A stretch of 63,765 nt of DNA, filler included, from Ministeria vibrans ATCC 50519 (Eukaryota; Protista; Filasterea), in NCBI GenBank assembly GCA_943704425.1. It is 5 parts of 5 records of this genome, joined end to end, with 100 filler letters (N's around TTAATTAATTAA, not from the genome) between each part and the next. Parts side by side here need not be neighbours in the genome. Positions count along the whole stretch, not along the records: positions 26,949 to 49,962 come from CALSCP010000986.1; positions 50,063 to 55,975 come from CALSCP010002030.1; 3 more parts are not named here. The stretch is one strand, 5' to 3'. Position 1 is the first letter of the stretch, and every line of letters begins with the position of its first letter. This document shows positions 40,081 through 52,538 of the stretch, piece by piece. A program made the translations under genes and the position numbers. The notes beneath the pieces were generated by a model. The model was not told the DNA's origin. It saw only the letters and a list, made by a program, of their open reading frames with translations, and did no database searches.

Positions 40081-42032
40081 CTCCTCTTCTTCTTCTTCTT
40101 CATCGCCGCGAAGACGCTTCGTTGACACCTTTTGCACTTGAACTCGCACCTTCTCCTCAAGGCGATTGTATGATGCACGCAGTCGCACCCCAACCACCAG
40201 AGACGGAACAGGACTCGCACCAACCCACGTCAACACACACGGCAGCGACACCTTCAGTGGCTCTTGCGAAATTCGATCCGACATCCGCGTCACCGTGCGC
40301 GGAGGGGACACTTGCAGCGCCCAAGAGCGCTCCTGTCCCGCATCCAGCTCCAGCTTAAACAGTCGGCGGTCCTCCTTGTACACCTGTGCACCATCCGCAT
40401 TCGTCACATCCAATGCCACCGTAAACTCTCGGCCAATCGGCAGTGGCTGGGTGTCTAGAATTTCGAGCGAGAGCCGGTTGGGCCGCACATGAAGCGGGCG
40501 CTCGGCCGTGAGTAGCTGCTCGTCATCGGTGTCTTCGCCAGTGTTGAGGTTGAGAGAGCAGCGCAGGGTGAGAGCTTGTTCGTTCAAGTAGTCTGCGGGA
40601 CCGGCAATACCCCAGAGCTGAGTAGCATTCACAGTATAAAATCGACCTTGCGCCACTCCCGATGTTTTGATCGGCACGCTGCGGTAGGGCGCGTCGAACT
40701 CGTCCACAACAGCAAGCTCGTCTCCCTCCACGCTCAGCTCAAAGAATGCATGGGGGTACTTGTCGTTTAGAGCGTGAGGGGGCAAAAAGTTACCCTTGGC
40801 GTCAATGGCACGCACATGGAGCGCACGGCCACCGCGTTTGTTGAGAGTAATTTCACAAGGTGTCGAGTCGGAGCAGTTGGTGGCGGGGTCGCAAAATTGA
40901 AGGGTCACGGGAGGTCCATAGGAGGGCGCGACGTTGTACGTGACAGATATGGGTCGGATTTGTTGGCAACATTTCTTCAGTGGGGCGCCTGCAGCAGGCG
41001 CAATGGAGAAGGTGAGCTTGTGCTCGCCAACCTGTTCGGTGGGCACTCTGTACGAGTAGTACACCTCCGTCATGTCGGGGACACCACCTAAAATGATAAT
41101 TAATGAGGACTTGAAAGCGATAGAATACGTTCACACTACACTGACCATTTTCGTTGGGCGTGAACTGCTTGAGCGTACAGTCGCGAGGCAGCGGTACGCT
41201 CTGGTTCTTGATGAGCACCTCGGTGATGGTGACTTTGGTGGCGAGGGAGGTACCGTTGGCGAGGCGCGGGTTCTTGGGGACTACCGTGCCCGTGTGCATG
41301 CTATCCACTTGCACCGCAAGGTACTTGGTCTCTGTGATACAAAAAACGGCCACCGTTTAGAAGGGTCCTTTGCTGTGCATGACTGTATATAATCATATAA
41401 TATATTAGGCATGTACCGTTCTGTTCAAGTCGGTCAGGAAAAGACAATGGTCGAAAGGCGCTTGGAATGAGACGGTCAACAGAGCGCTTTCCCACCGCGG
41501 GCGCCTTTTTGCTTGAGGTGCTGTCGTCCACTAGCTGGTACTTGGTCGGCGTGTCCAGATGGGCCTCATCAATGATCACGTCGATGGCACCGTCAGTCGT
41601 AGACGAGCGAGTGAAGTACTTCACTTTGCCAATGGGCACGACGCTGTCGCGCGAGCGTGCGCTCTCCCCGTGTACACGGATGACTTCCCCCATTTCGATA
41701 GTCTTTGAGCCATTGTGCACGCGACCGTACTGCGCCATGGTCATCTCACTGCGTACCTCGTTGTGACCGAGTGCCAGTTGAGAAGTCACGTCAATGACCC
41801 ACTATACAATGTGGAAAAGAAGAATAAGGAAGAGGCTAAAATAAAGGGTCAATGATTGACCTTGGTGTCGTTATTTGTGACGTTCTTCATCCAACGTCCG
41901 AAGAGCCTGGCAACATTATCCTTCTCTCCGCGTTGCAGATGGCCATTCTGAGCCGCCTGAAGGTACGTTGTCTGGTAAATGCCCACGTGAATGTAGAGAG
42001 AGAGAGAGTTCAAGAGAGAGAGAGAGAGAGTT

Positions 42033-42089
<57 letters not shown>

Positions 42090-42142
42090 AACAAAGCGAT
42101 AGAGAGAAAAAAGAAAGAAAAAAAAGTGATAGAGAGAGAGAG

Positions 42143-42182
<40 letters not shown>

Positions 42183-43590
42183 AAGAGAGAGAGAGAGTTC
42201 AAGAGAGAGAGAGAGAGAGAGAGGAGTCAGTGGCTATATATGCGAAGAGAGCGACAGACAAGGTACTCACATCAATGGGAATTTCGCGCTTGTGAGCGGA
42301 CGGGAAGATCTCAGGTTCAGTGTTGGTGGGCAGGAAGAGGATGGCCGACACTCGTTGACAACGGGTCTGCAGGAGAGCGCCAGTTGCGCTCTTCTCTTTC
42401 TTGAGCGAGGTGACGAGGAAGTCGAGTCTGCGTGTGTGTATGTGTGTGGTGTAAGTAATGGAATCTGAGCTTGTGGAACTGAAAATCCTTACAGTTTGTG
42501 AAGCTGTTCGCTGTTGCCTGCAGCACTGAGATCGAGACCATGCCAGAAGACGCGCATGGTGTTAGTACTCTGGTTGGGCAGCTCAGGGTCGTCGAGGGTC
42601 ACCGGGCGGTAGGTTAGGTAGAGCAGCGCTTGGGCGGTCTGGCGGCCCTGTGAATCTGACTCGTGGCCCGGGACGAGGATAGGCAGAGGCAAGCAAGTCG
42701 TGAGGCTGCTTCCAGAAGAGCGACTGGGAGACGGAGAGGCAGAGGCAGAGGCAGAGGCAGCAGTGGCAGCCGAGTCCGCGGATGCATGTGTAAAGGCAAA
42801 CGCTTGGTAGTTGCGGTCGTAGCAGTTGAGTTGCTCAAGGTCGCTCGTGTCCCAATCTTTGAACTGGATCGAGAATGGACCGCGTTTAAACTGGACCTTG
42901 CACGCCTTGAAGACTTTCTCGTGCTTCTTGAACAGATTGCAGTTGAGGTAGGCGGGACCGTCGCGCAGGATGAAGGTCATCTTGGTCGCGACATAGCCCT
43001 TCATGCGCTCAATGACATCCTCGTCAAGAACGTCCTCTTGGAGGGCGGAGCACGTAAAGATGGTGTACGACTCGTCGGTCAGCGACGGGTTCGCCAACTC
43101 GACGGGGTGAGACCCAGCAAGTTTGTCTTGTTCAATCATCGCTTCCTATAAACAACGGTCAGCCTTCCTCTCTCTCTCTCTCTCTCTCTCTGTCCCACAC
43201 CCACTCACTCATTTGCTCTTACTCGATCAAGGACCATCGAGTGCGCGGGCTCGCCCTGGCTCTTGCTCTCGATGACGACGTGTCCGGCGATGCGCATGAG
43301 CGCAGTGAAGCCCACACCGTACCGCCCAACCTGATGCGCTCGTCCGGCGCTGTCGCGTCGCGTCGTCCCGCCAAGCCGCACAAACATGTTGAGCACCTCG
43401 TTGGTCATGCCCCCGCCGTTGTCGCGGATCACAATCCGCTCGTTGTCGTTGCTGACGGTGAAGGAGAGTCTGGTTGCGCCAGCCTCAAGCGCATTCTCAG
43501 CAATCTCCGTCACGGCGTCGCCAAGCGTCATGTCGCTGATGATGCCTTCAAGCACCTGGGGCGATGGCGTTTGGCCATTGAGCACTAGAT
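39712..43590 (-). CDS. GHKL ATPase, MORC/SMCHD1-like, with Ig-like stalk, poly-E tract and C-terminal coiled coil (start exon uncertain)
   Basis: DAVTEIAENALEAGA (I), IRDNGGGM (II), GRYGVG (III), VVIESK (IV); YLTYRP..MRVFWHG transducer-like block; YGRVHNGSKTIEMGEVIR BAH-like block. Confidence 0.75.
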
Positions 43591-44142
43591 AGATAGTCAA
43601 GAAAAAAAATATGAATAATTCATCGGATTGATCATTGAGCCGTCACGAAATGAACGTGCTCTCCAAAGTCCATAGGGACATGTACTCGTGACTTAGCAAA
43701 GACCAGAGCACACTCAGCTCACTGAGCTCAGGGGGTTTGTGATAGGGGGAGGAGACAAAAAAAGCCGACAAGACAAACATTGTGTACATTGTCACATTGT
43801 CACATTGTGACTCATTGTCACATCATTGGGCGATTCTTTTTAGAAGAGATTTCACAAGCGGTGGTGTGACTGTGTCTAACACTGTGTATATATGTGTTGG
43901 TATGTAGGAGTGTAGGAGTGTTGGGGAGCAGGAGGGATTGAAGTAGTTCCAATACCGGTTGTGTTCTCTTCGGTTGTTGTCATTGGAATCGTCTCAAGCT
44001 CTTAACAAGCAAGATTGGTGGGGTGTAGTGTGAGTGGAGTGTTGAGGGGTGAAAGTGAAGAATAAAAGTGACCGAAAATTGATTGATTTTCCGCTTTTAT
44101 ACCAACAGTCGAGAAAAGATTTCGGGCGGAAAAAGTTTCAGG

Positions 44143-45203
44143 CCTGAATTTTTTCGCTTGCGAATTTTGTTTCGTTTGCCCAACCGACACAATCAAAATT
44201 CCCAAAGCAACACTCCACATGCGCCTATACGGATGTCATTATCATGGTTCACGGTGTGGGTTAGGGGTCAAAGGAAGCGATGATTTCCGTCAGAATGGGC
44301 GGGGGAGGGGGGAGATGGAGAGTTTTAAGTACGCATGTTGACATGTAGCGTAGGCACCGTGTTGCGGCTCAATACGCCGAGTAGACATGTGGTACTACAA
44401 ATCAAGAAAGATGGCAATGGGCCGCGATGGCCGATGGCTGTTGCGGCGTTGTTTCTGCCACCACACGCAAGACTGGCCTTTGCAATATAAACCTCGATTT
44501 TTTTGTTGTGAATCATTTTCGGTTGGTATATAAATTTTTATTAGGTTCAATTAGAGTTACCAGATTGCCAGGGCTTTGTACAGTTATTGTAACACAACTT
44601 CCTCTCTGCAGTACTTCCACAGGGTGCAGAGTCTTTCTCCACGGCGGTACGAGACGTTCCAAGAGGACCCTAACTACCTCTGATATACTGTTTATGACGA
44701 AGAATGTGTTACATAGACTTACACGATCATATATTTTTCATTCATGCCTAATAAATTATTATATTTTAATACTATTATCATTTCATTATTGACAGTCGTG
44801 TGGAACCGCAAAATAACTATTAACCCGCGATGGTTGCAGCGCGAGCAATCAAAGCCAGAGGAAGGTCTTTTTTAGGCTGAGCAACACTCTGAAACACAAC
44901 AACGCGGATGTACCAAACGCGATGCGCTCGAGTTTTCCATCCCGCAGTTTGGGCACCACGCTTCACACACAAAAAAAACGAGACTGGCAGTGCCAATACG
45001 CCAGGGCAGATCCTGGCCTGCGTAGACTCCGTGTGAGCAGCAAGCGGTATGCCCCCCCCCAAAAAAAAAAAAAAAAAAAAAAAAAAAANNNNNNNNNAGG
45101 TGATTGAGAGCCACCGCTGGCATGTCCATCGAAGCTGGAGTGTTGTTTGAACAGAGCAGCAGCATACAATTCCCACAAGCAGTTCGTCCGGCAAGTTGAG
45201 CAT
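44143..45203 (-). CDS. F-box protein (multi-exon, possibly degenerate)
   Basis: MLNLPDELLVGIVCCCSVQTTLQLRWTCQRW F-box signature; downstream exons have GT-AG boundaries. Confidence 0.55.
44197..44310 (+). repeat. Direct repeat copy A (about 110 bp)
   Basis: Near-identical to 49849-49962. Confidence 0.92.
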
Positions 45204-45524
45204 GAAAGATTCCAAAGTTTTTCGGTTTTACCATAATAAATAAATAAAATAAATGATTATAATGTAACAGTCTATTATCTTTTCTCTGTATCATGAATAA
45301 ATGGGTTGTATTCTTCTTCTATTATCTTTTCTCCCCCTTTTCTATTTTCCTTCTCTCCTTAAGCTTTTCTTCCACGTCTAACTGCCCCTCTCACTTCTCA
45401 GCTCTTAAAAGAAAAAAGAGAAGTTTTTAAACTTTGTCGACGGAGCTCCGCGAAAAATAAGAAAATACAGTGTTCACATTGTTTTGTTAATAAGTGGTAC
45501 ATTCTTACTCAGCAATTGTTGACA

Positions 45525-48500
45525 ATGAGCTCTCGCGGCGGAAGGGAGAGTGAAATCCAAGCGAGCAAAGGAACCAAGTCAGACCGTTCTGCTCCCAACC
45601 CCGCTGACGGTGGAAGGACAAGCAAAAGATCCAAAAGACCTTTGGAGGAGAGTGGTAAAGGTGATCTCGGTGTTTGGAATGTATGGTGGGAGGCGCTGAG
45701 TCTTGTCTTGTGCAGAAGAACCAAAAGAGCCGTCTGGAAAAAAGCAAAGAACGGGCGCGCTGTCCGTAAACTCACCAGGTAATGCCGGCAAGTGTCTGGT
45801 TATGTTCTAATGGTTCATACAGGCCCTGGAAGCTCGACGAAGGGCAAAGGCGCCGCGAACACTGTAAGTTTTTCTTCAATGGATCACTTCTGGTTCACGT
45901 TGATATTTCGCTCGCGCCTTGCTTGCATGCTTCCGTTGACCTATCCATTGCCCTATGCGATGGAAAGCACGTCCTGTAAAGACGCTTGTGTCTTGCTTCG
46001 TGGTATTTGTCGCCCTCCCAGGGAGATTGAACAAACTTTCCTTCTTTTGTTTTTTTGACAGCTTGTCGACCCGACCTTTCTTGTTGACCGATGTTTTAGC
46101 AAGACGCCAAGAGAATGTCAATCGCGCTTACCTTCTCGCCTTTGTATTGTCGTTTTATCAAGACACCAAAAGAATGTCTTGTGTAATGTGTTGACATTCT
46201 TGCCTTTTTATGTTTTCTTTCTTTCCCTCTTTGTCGTTTTGTTTTTCCCTCTTTCTTTCCCTCTTTTTTTTTTTTGTAAATGAGTGAACCTTGATGCGTG
46301 CAGGTTCCGATACTTGGGACTTTGGACTCTTCCCGCTGGGGTTCTTCTTAAACTGGATCAACCCAAAACTGACCATCAATCTCTGTAGGCGTCCACCAGC
46401 ACGTCAACTCCTACAAACACGACTGTCGCAGCCAATGCGCGCACTGCCACCTGGAAGATGCGTAAGTGAAAGACTAGAGCTACGCACGCTCAAGTCGTAA
46501 CCCGAAACTGTTGTAGTGAACGATGCTATGACCTCGACACGTCTTCGTGATGTGCTTCTTCTGCCCCCCTTTTTCGATGCGGCCGATGAAGAGATCGTGG
46601 CCATGTTGGACGAGTTCCTGCAGCTGCCTGGCCTGGCCTCTGGCACCAGATTCATCAAGGCGTACGGCGAGCCCGAAAAGCAGCTTAACGTCGACCAAAC
46701 ACACGAATTCTTCAACAAGCTGTTTCTTGAAGAGGACCGACCAAAAAACTATCGACCGCACCAACCCACGATGGAACTCATTGAGGAAGGAATGTGGAAG
46801 CTCCGTAAGACTAAGATACAATGAATAGAGTGATACGATTTAACCCTTTATAACATAACATTCCCTAATTTGTAGTGCAGGCCAAGCGAGCGAGTGCCAA
46901 AGACGACGACAGGCGTATCATCCCCCCTGGTAAGCACAAAATTAATATACAACCCTCTCATTCCCACAGTGTATGGCGATTCTCCACTTCTCTCTCATTT
47001 GTTTCTTTCTCCCTCTTTTCTCTCTTTGTCTATCCCTCTCTCTGTCTCTCCCTCTCTCTGTCTCTCCCTCTCTCTGTCTCTCTCTGTCTCTCTGTCTCCC
47101 CCTCTCTCTCTGTCTCTCTCTCTGTCTCTCTCTGTCTCTCTCTCTGTCTATTCCTCTCTCTGTCTCTCCCTCTCTCTGTCTCTCCCTCTCTCTGTCTCTC
47201 TCTCTCTCTGTCTCTCCCTCTCTATCTCTCTCTATCACTTTGTTTCTATCTCCCTCCTCTTTCTGCATTCGTGCAAAATACGTCCCCGTGAATAGATTTT
47301 AATCATGTTGTCATTTGTTGAGAACGCCTTTTGTCGCTCATAACGTTTTCTCATTGCATTTGCGATTGTTCGTTTCTTTTTTCCAGGTCCATATGCCTTC
47401 CTCCCGCATGCCAAGGTTGATGTCAGCACTCTGTTCTCCCTCACCGACGAGATCTCCCAGTGGCCATTTAGCATGGTGAACAGCCGTGCTCTGTACGTCC
47501 GCCCTTGCTATGGCGATCTTTACAACCTCGCTTACAGCACGCTCATGGACTCACCACCTCATACCACTCGTGTTCTCCTCATTGGCAGTCCCGGCACTGG
47601 CAAAAGCGCTTTTCTCAACTACGTCCTCTGCCGACTTCTCCACAAAGGCATTCCCGTGGTCATCAGTCGGCCCGTTCTCGACGATGAAAGGCCAAGTTTC
47701 CTTCTGCTCAAAGTTGATGCTGGGGATCGTCTCGTCGTCAGTGCGGCTCATCCAACGAAGCCTGACACCGTCCCTGACAACTGCGTCGTTCTCCATGATC
47801 CGTGTGACGGTGGTCGGGTACCCCCCTTGCATTGTCGCGTCCTTGTCGCTTCCTCGCCCGAGCTTGCCAACTACAAAGAGTTTGCGAAACTTCATGTTTT
47901 AAGGCTCTACATGCCGCCGTGGTCTCTCGACGAAGTCTTGGCGATGCAGCTCCAGCTGTCCGACGCGGACGTTCGCAACCGGTTTGAGCTCTACGGGGGG
48001 ATTATTCGTCACATCAAAGACCATGAGCAACAGCAACTTGAGGTAGCGCGAAAGAGGGCCATCAACACCGTCGAACTCGAACGTCTCCGTCACGTCCTTC
48101 TCTCCGGTGTGGTTGCAAAGGAACACGGCAATCTCCCGTCGCACATGGTGCTTCACTACGTGCCCAATGAGGACTTTACTTCCTTCTCACTTGAGTACGC
48201 CTCGCCAGCAACCCAGCGGGCCTTGATGCGCCGATTCACCACTGAGCGTCGTGAGGAACTCTTTGCTCACTACCACGCGTCGCTTCGCGAAACAAGCCTT
48301 GCGACCGAAGCAGGGCGCGTCTGGGAGAGTCTTGCGTTGTCCAGCTTGTGCATGGCCGAGTTGAAGGACGGCTACGTGTTGAAGCCGCTGAATGACGCGG
48401 CCGTGAAGTACGAGAGGCCATCTGCGTTGTTCGCGAATGCGACGGTGTCCGAGGAGGCGAGGAAAGATAACGTCGCGGCTGTGCTTCAGGACAACAAGAT

Positions 48501-48909
48501 GTTCCTTCCGCTCGAGACCAACTTCCCCGTTGTCGACGCGCTGGTGCAGTGCGAGGTTCCTTTGAAGCGCAAGCGCACTTTGAAGCGCAAACGCACTTCG
48601 AAGGGCAAAGACGTAGCGGTGCTTGGTCTGCAAGTGACCATTGCCGACACGCACCCGCCCTCACGTGGTGGTCTTCGCAAGCTTGAGAAGATCCTGGGCC
48701 CACTCTTCGCCAAGCTACACATTGTCTTTGTGCTCGACGCGGGTAGGCTTAAGCACCCTGCCAAATTTGGTGCGCTGCCGATTGCAAAGGCGTCCAACGA
48801 ACGGTTTGTCCGTGGGGAGGAGGCGCGCTACAAGGCGATCCCACAGTGGCGCCTGGTCATTCCAACTAGCCGTTTGAAGGTAAAGCACCACTCGCGTGGT
48901 ACACTCTGA
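45525..48909 (+). CDS. Crinkler/RHS-type effector: header + P-loop NTPase + restriction-endonuclease fold
   Basis: LYVRPCY, LLIGSPGTGKS, VASSP..NYKEF, LYMPPWSLDE, RFELYGGIIR, SHMVLH, GRVWESLA, NFPVVDAL, GLQVTIADTHP. Upstream exons (46516-, 46876-, 47388-) splice in frame. Confidence 0.85.
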
Positions 48910-48963
48910 AGAACAACTCTCTGAATTCTGAATTGTTTCGAGACAGATGATGGTTAAGAAAAG

Positions 48964-49035
48964 AAATAGAGAATAGAGAGCTGTACTCAATGTCAAAACA
49001 AGACACTATACAAAACAAAGAGCAGCACAATACTT
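48964..49035 (+). repeat. Solo end of the MITE-like family
   Basis: Matches 12461-12538 and the reverse complement of 20996-21066. Confidence 0.85.
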
Positions 49036-49170
49036 CGAATCTTTTGATAATAATTAGTACGACGAGTACGAGGAGTGTTATAAAGTTTCGACTTTTAATA
49101 TTGATATTCAAATATTGATTCGACATTTGGACACACAAAGTGTTGGCCTGTTGGGAAACGGGAATCAGTT

Positions 49171-49848
49171 TCATTTGAGCGGCGTGATCATGGTAAACGC
49201 CCTCTTCTCGTGTGAGGCGGTGGGTGACACGCCGTTGGTGACAAAACATCGGCTCGCCCGTCTTCTCATCGACAATCCACTGAGGACGCTCACGACGAGA
49301 GAGGGTCTCCTGTGAGCCGTCTTGGTAGGTGATATGCTGGGCGGGTGCAGTGGCGTTCCAGTTGATACCATCAAGCGACCAGACAACGCGATAGTCACAT
49401 CCGCAGTGAAAGAGCGCTCGCAGGACACCCGAGCGTGACAGGTACACGCCCGCATCTTCACAGTCCGTGGGAATATCCATGCGACCGCCACGCCGATTGT
49501 AAGGACCGCTCCAGTGTTGAGCGAACGCTGTGCCCGTCATCATGGCGTTTTGATATTCTTTCGAGCGCCCTTTGTACACGAGAAGGACTGAGCCGTTGTT
49601 GAAGACGTGCACCAAAGGATTCGTAGTGAATAGGTCGTCCCAATGACCTGGCGATGAGGGTTCCAGAATAGGTACGTTGGGGCGCGACCAGGGCCCGTCG
49701 GGTGAGCGTGCGGTCGCAAGTCCCACACGCTGGTTGTCGGCGAGTGGCGAGAGACCCGCAACAGGTACTTTGGTAGCAGAGCAATTTTGTGCATGTGATC
49801 CGGGAGCACTTGAACCCATGTAGTACAGCAGGTAGGTACCGTCGTCGA
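49171..49848 (-). pseudogene. GH43-like five-bladed propeller glycoside hydrolase, 5'-truncated and frameshifted
   Basis: DGTYLLYYMG, QRVGLATARSPDGPWSR, WDDLFTTNP, LLVYKGR, CEDAGVY, RRERPQ. The conserved tail VTNGV lies in another frame after about 49245. Confidence 0.7.
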
Positions 49849-49962
49849 AATTACCAAAGCAACACTCCACATGCGCCTATACGGATGTCATTATCATGGT
49901 TCACGGTGTGGGTTAGGGGTCAAAGGAAGCGGTGATTTCCGTCAGAATGGGCGGGGGAGGGG
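49849..49962 (+). repeat. Direct repeat copy B, running into the scaffold end
   Basis: Near-identical to 44197-44310. Confidence 0.92.
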
Positions 49963-50062
49963 NNNNNNNNNNNNNNNNNNNNNNNNNNNNNNNNNNNNNN
50001 NNNNNNTTAATTAATTAANNNNNNNNNNNNNNNNNNNNNNNNNNNNNNNNNNNNNNNNNNNN
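49963..50062. other. Artificial scaffold linker
   Basis: TTAATTAATTAA at 50007-50018 within Ns. Confidence 0.95.
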
Positions 50063-50139
<77 letters not shown>

Positions 50140-50160
50140 ATCTTATTGTCTGTGTTCCAG

Positions 50161-50716
50161 GAACTTGCCGAAACCGCAAAACGCGAAGTTCTCGAAGAGA
50201 CGGGAATCGAAACCGACTTTGCGTCTCTCGCGGGATTTCGACACATGCACCGTTACATGTGGGACACAAGCGATATGTATTTTATTGTCATTTTGAGACC
50301 CCGCTCGAAAACTATCAAAAAATGTCCGCGTGAAATTCAAGAGTGTCGTTGGATTAAGGTACACATCTCAGATCATTTGTTTTTCACTCTTAGAATGTGT
50401 GGTTCATAGGAGTCCCTTGCGTTTCTGTTTCCCACTCAATTTTTACTCACACACACTCTCTGTTTGTTAGTTGGACGAATACATTTTTGACCCGACAGTG
50501 ACATATTTCAACAAGTTCATTGCGGTCTGTGTCAAACTGTCTCTGTTTCCCACACAATCACAATCTGTCAATCCCTCTCAATCCCCAAATCTGTTGCCCG
50601 TTTCAATTCCCTCTTTTGCTCTGGACACTCATAATTTAGTCTACACTACTCAGAGTGCTTCTGCGTTTGAATATCTCACTCAAAACGGAATATTCCCCCC
50701 AACACTACAAAAATAA
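50161..50716 (+). CDS. Nudix hydrolase, NUDT6/AtNUDT2-like (5' partial)
   Basis: TAKREVLEETGI Nudix box, FRHMH..SDMYFIVILRP..EIQECRWI. Confidence 0.85.
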
Positions 50717-50753
50717 AAACCGAAATGTAATAAAAAAAGAGAATCATATTTTT

Positions 50754-50981
50754 TTAAGCAGAAGAGAATTTAGCAGAAACGCGTTTGCGGCTCAAAGCGG
50801 CTTCACGAAGACCACAGATGACAATGAGATTGGAGTCGACGTCGGTTAGAGCAATAGCACGATCGTAGGTTGCGATGGCATCGTCAATGCGGTCCATGCC
50901 TGCGAGGGGAGCAGGAGTAGGGGAGATAAAGTGGGAGAAGAGGGAGAGTGGTGTGAGTGAGAAGTGGAAAAAGGTATGAAT

Positions 50982-51076
<95 letters not shown>

Positions 51077-52504
51077 TGCGTGAAGTGGTAATTATTTAGA
51101 GGTAATTGATGTAGCGGAGAGTTGGATGAGATTGGTTGGTCGCTGAGAGGGAATATATGGAGTGAAGAACTTACCAAGGTATTGGAGGCCGAGATTGCAC
51201 ATGGCCTCAACACACTCGGGGTCCTTTGCGAGAGCCCTCTGGTGAAGGACGAGCGCATCGTCGACGCGACGGGACTGCAGGAGGACCATTCCCTTGTGAG
51301 TGAGCGCCAGCGGACATTCTGGGGCGATTTCAAGAGCACGGTCGAAACATTCCACTGCCCTCTGAGTGTCCATTGTGGAGAGCAGAATGAACCCGAGCGT
51401 GACAAAGGCCTCGTAGCGCGACGGCTGAGACTTCATTGCGTACTCGAAGGCCTCGGTCATGGCGCGGTCGTCGCGGTCCATCGAGCTGTGCTCGGGCATA
51501 CTCTTGGCGGTCGGGTGGTCCATCATGTGCTGTGCGGCCGCAGAGAGCATTCGCTGGTAGTACGACAGTCCCAGGTGCACTCGCGCATCATAGTCCGTCT
51601 CATCTACCGCCAAGAGCCGCTCAAAGACCTCGATCGACTCACTGGCCAGCTCGCACTGCTGCAGTGCCTCTCCACAGCGCAGGTGCACCGCTGTGTCCTG
51701 CGGCGCCAGAGCACACGCCTTGCGCAGCAGCCCCAGTGCGCGCTCCCTCTGCTCTCCCGCCCGTCCCTGTGCCAGCACCACATCCGCCAGCTTACACATC
51801 GCATGGGCAGCGCTCGCTACCGCTCCTTCCCCATCGCCTTCACCGCTGCTGCCATACAGCTTGATTGCCTGCAGCAGCTCTGCCTCGGCCAGCGTCGGCT
51901 CGCGGTGCAAGTAGTGCAACATTCCCAGGTACTCGTACACTTCGGCGCGTGCAGGCGCACCGCTCTCCTCTAGCATAGTACGGACACGCTCAAACTTGAG
52001 CAGTGCCTCGGCTGGTCGTCGTTCGTCAGTGTCCGGATCGGTGCTTGTGGCGACGTACATGTCCTGCATCGCCTGCTCAATTAGAGCGTCCACCGACACG
52101 TCCTCCTCGGTCTTTGTCTCCTTCTCCAGTGTCGCCGGGCGGTAGCGACGCTCTCCACGGTTGTACGATTCAAGATAAGTGCGGATTGCCTTGCGTGGCT
52201 GCCAGGCAGGCGTGCGGGAGGCGCGCACCTCGGCGAGCGCCTCCTTGCCAAGGAAATCAATCAGTTTCTGGATGTGTTGTTGCGTTGCCTGGTCCTCTTG
52301 CATGGCAGGCTGACGAATCAACAGCGTGTAGTCGTCAAGTGCATCGCGGTGGTGGTCAAGCGCTTCGTGAGCCGCGATGCGTCGTTGCAGTGCCTAAACT
52401 CGATTAATTATATTATTATTATTATAATTAATAGACGAAGAAGAATACAACCCATTATAATTAATAAACTTTTGCACGAAAATGGACACAAAATAATAAT
52501 ACTA

Positions 52505-52538
<34 letters not shown>

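Noticed and set aside
44195-44235. Kinase-like ACGVLLWEF peptide
   Set aside because: No other kinase motifs nearby; likely chance.
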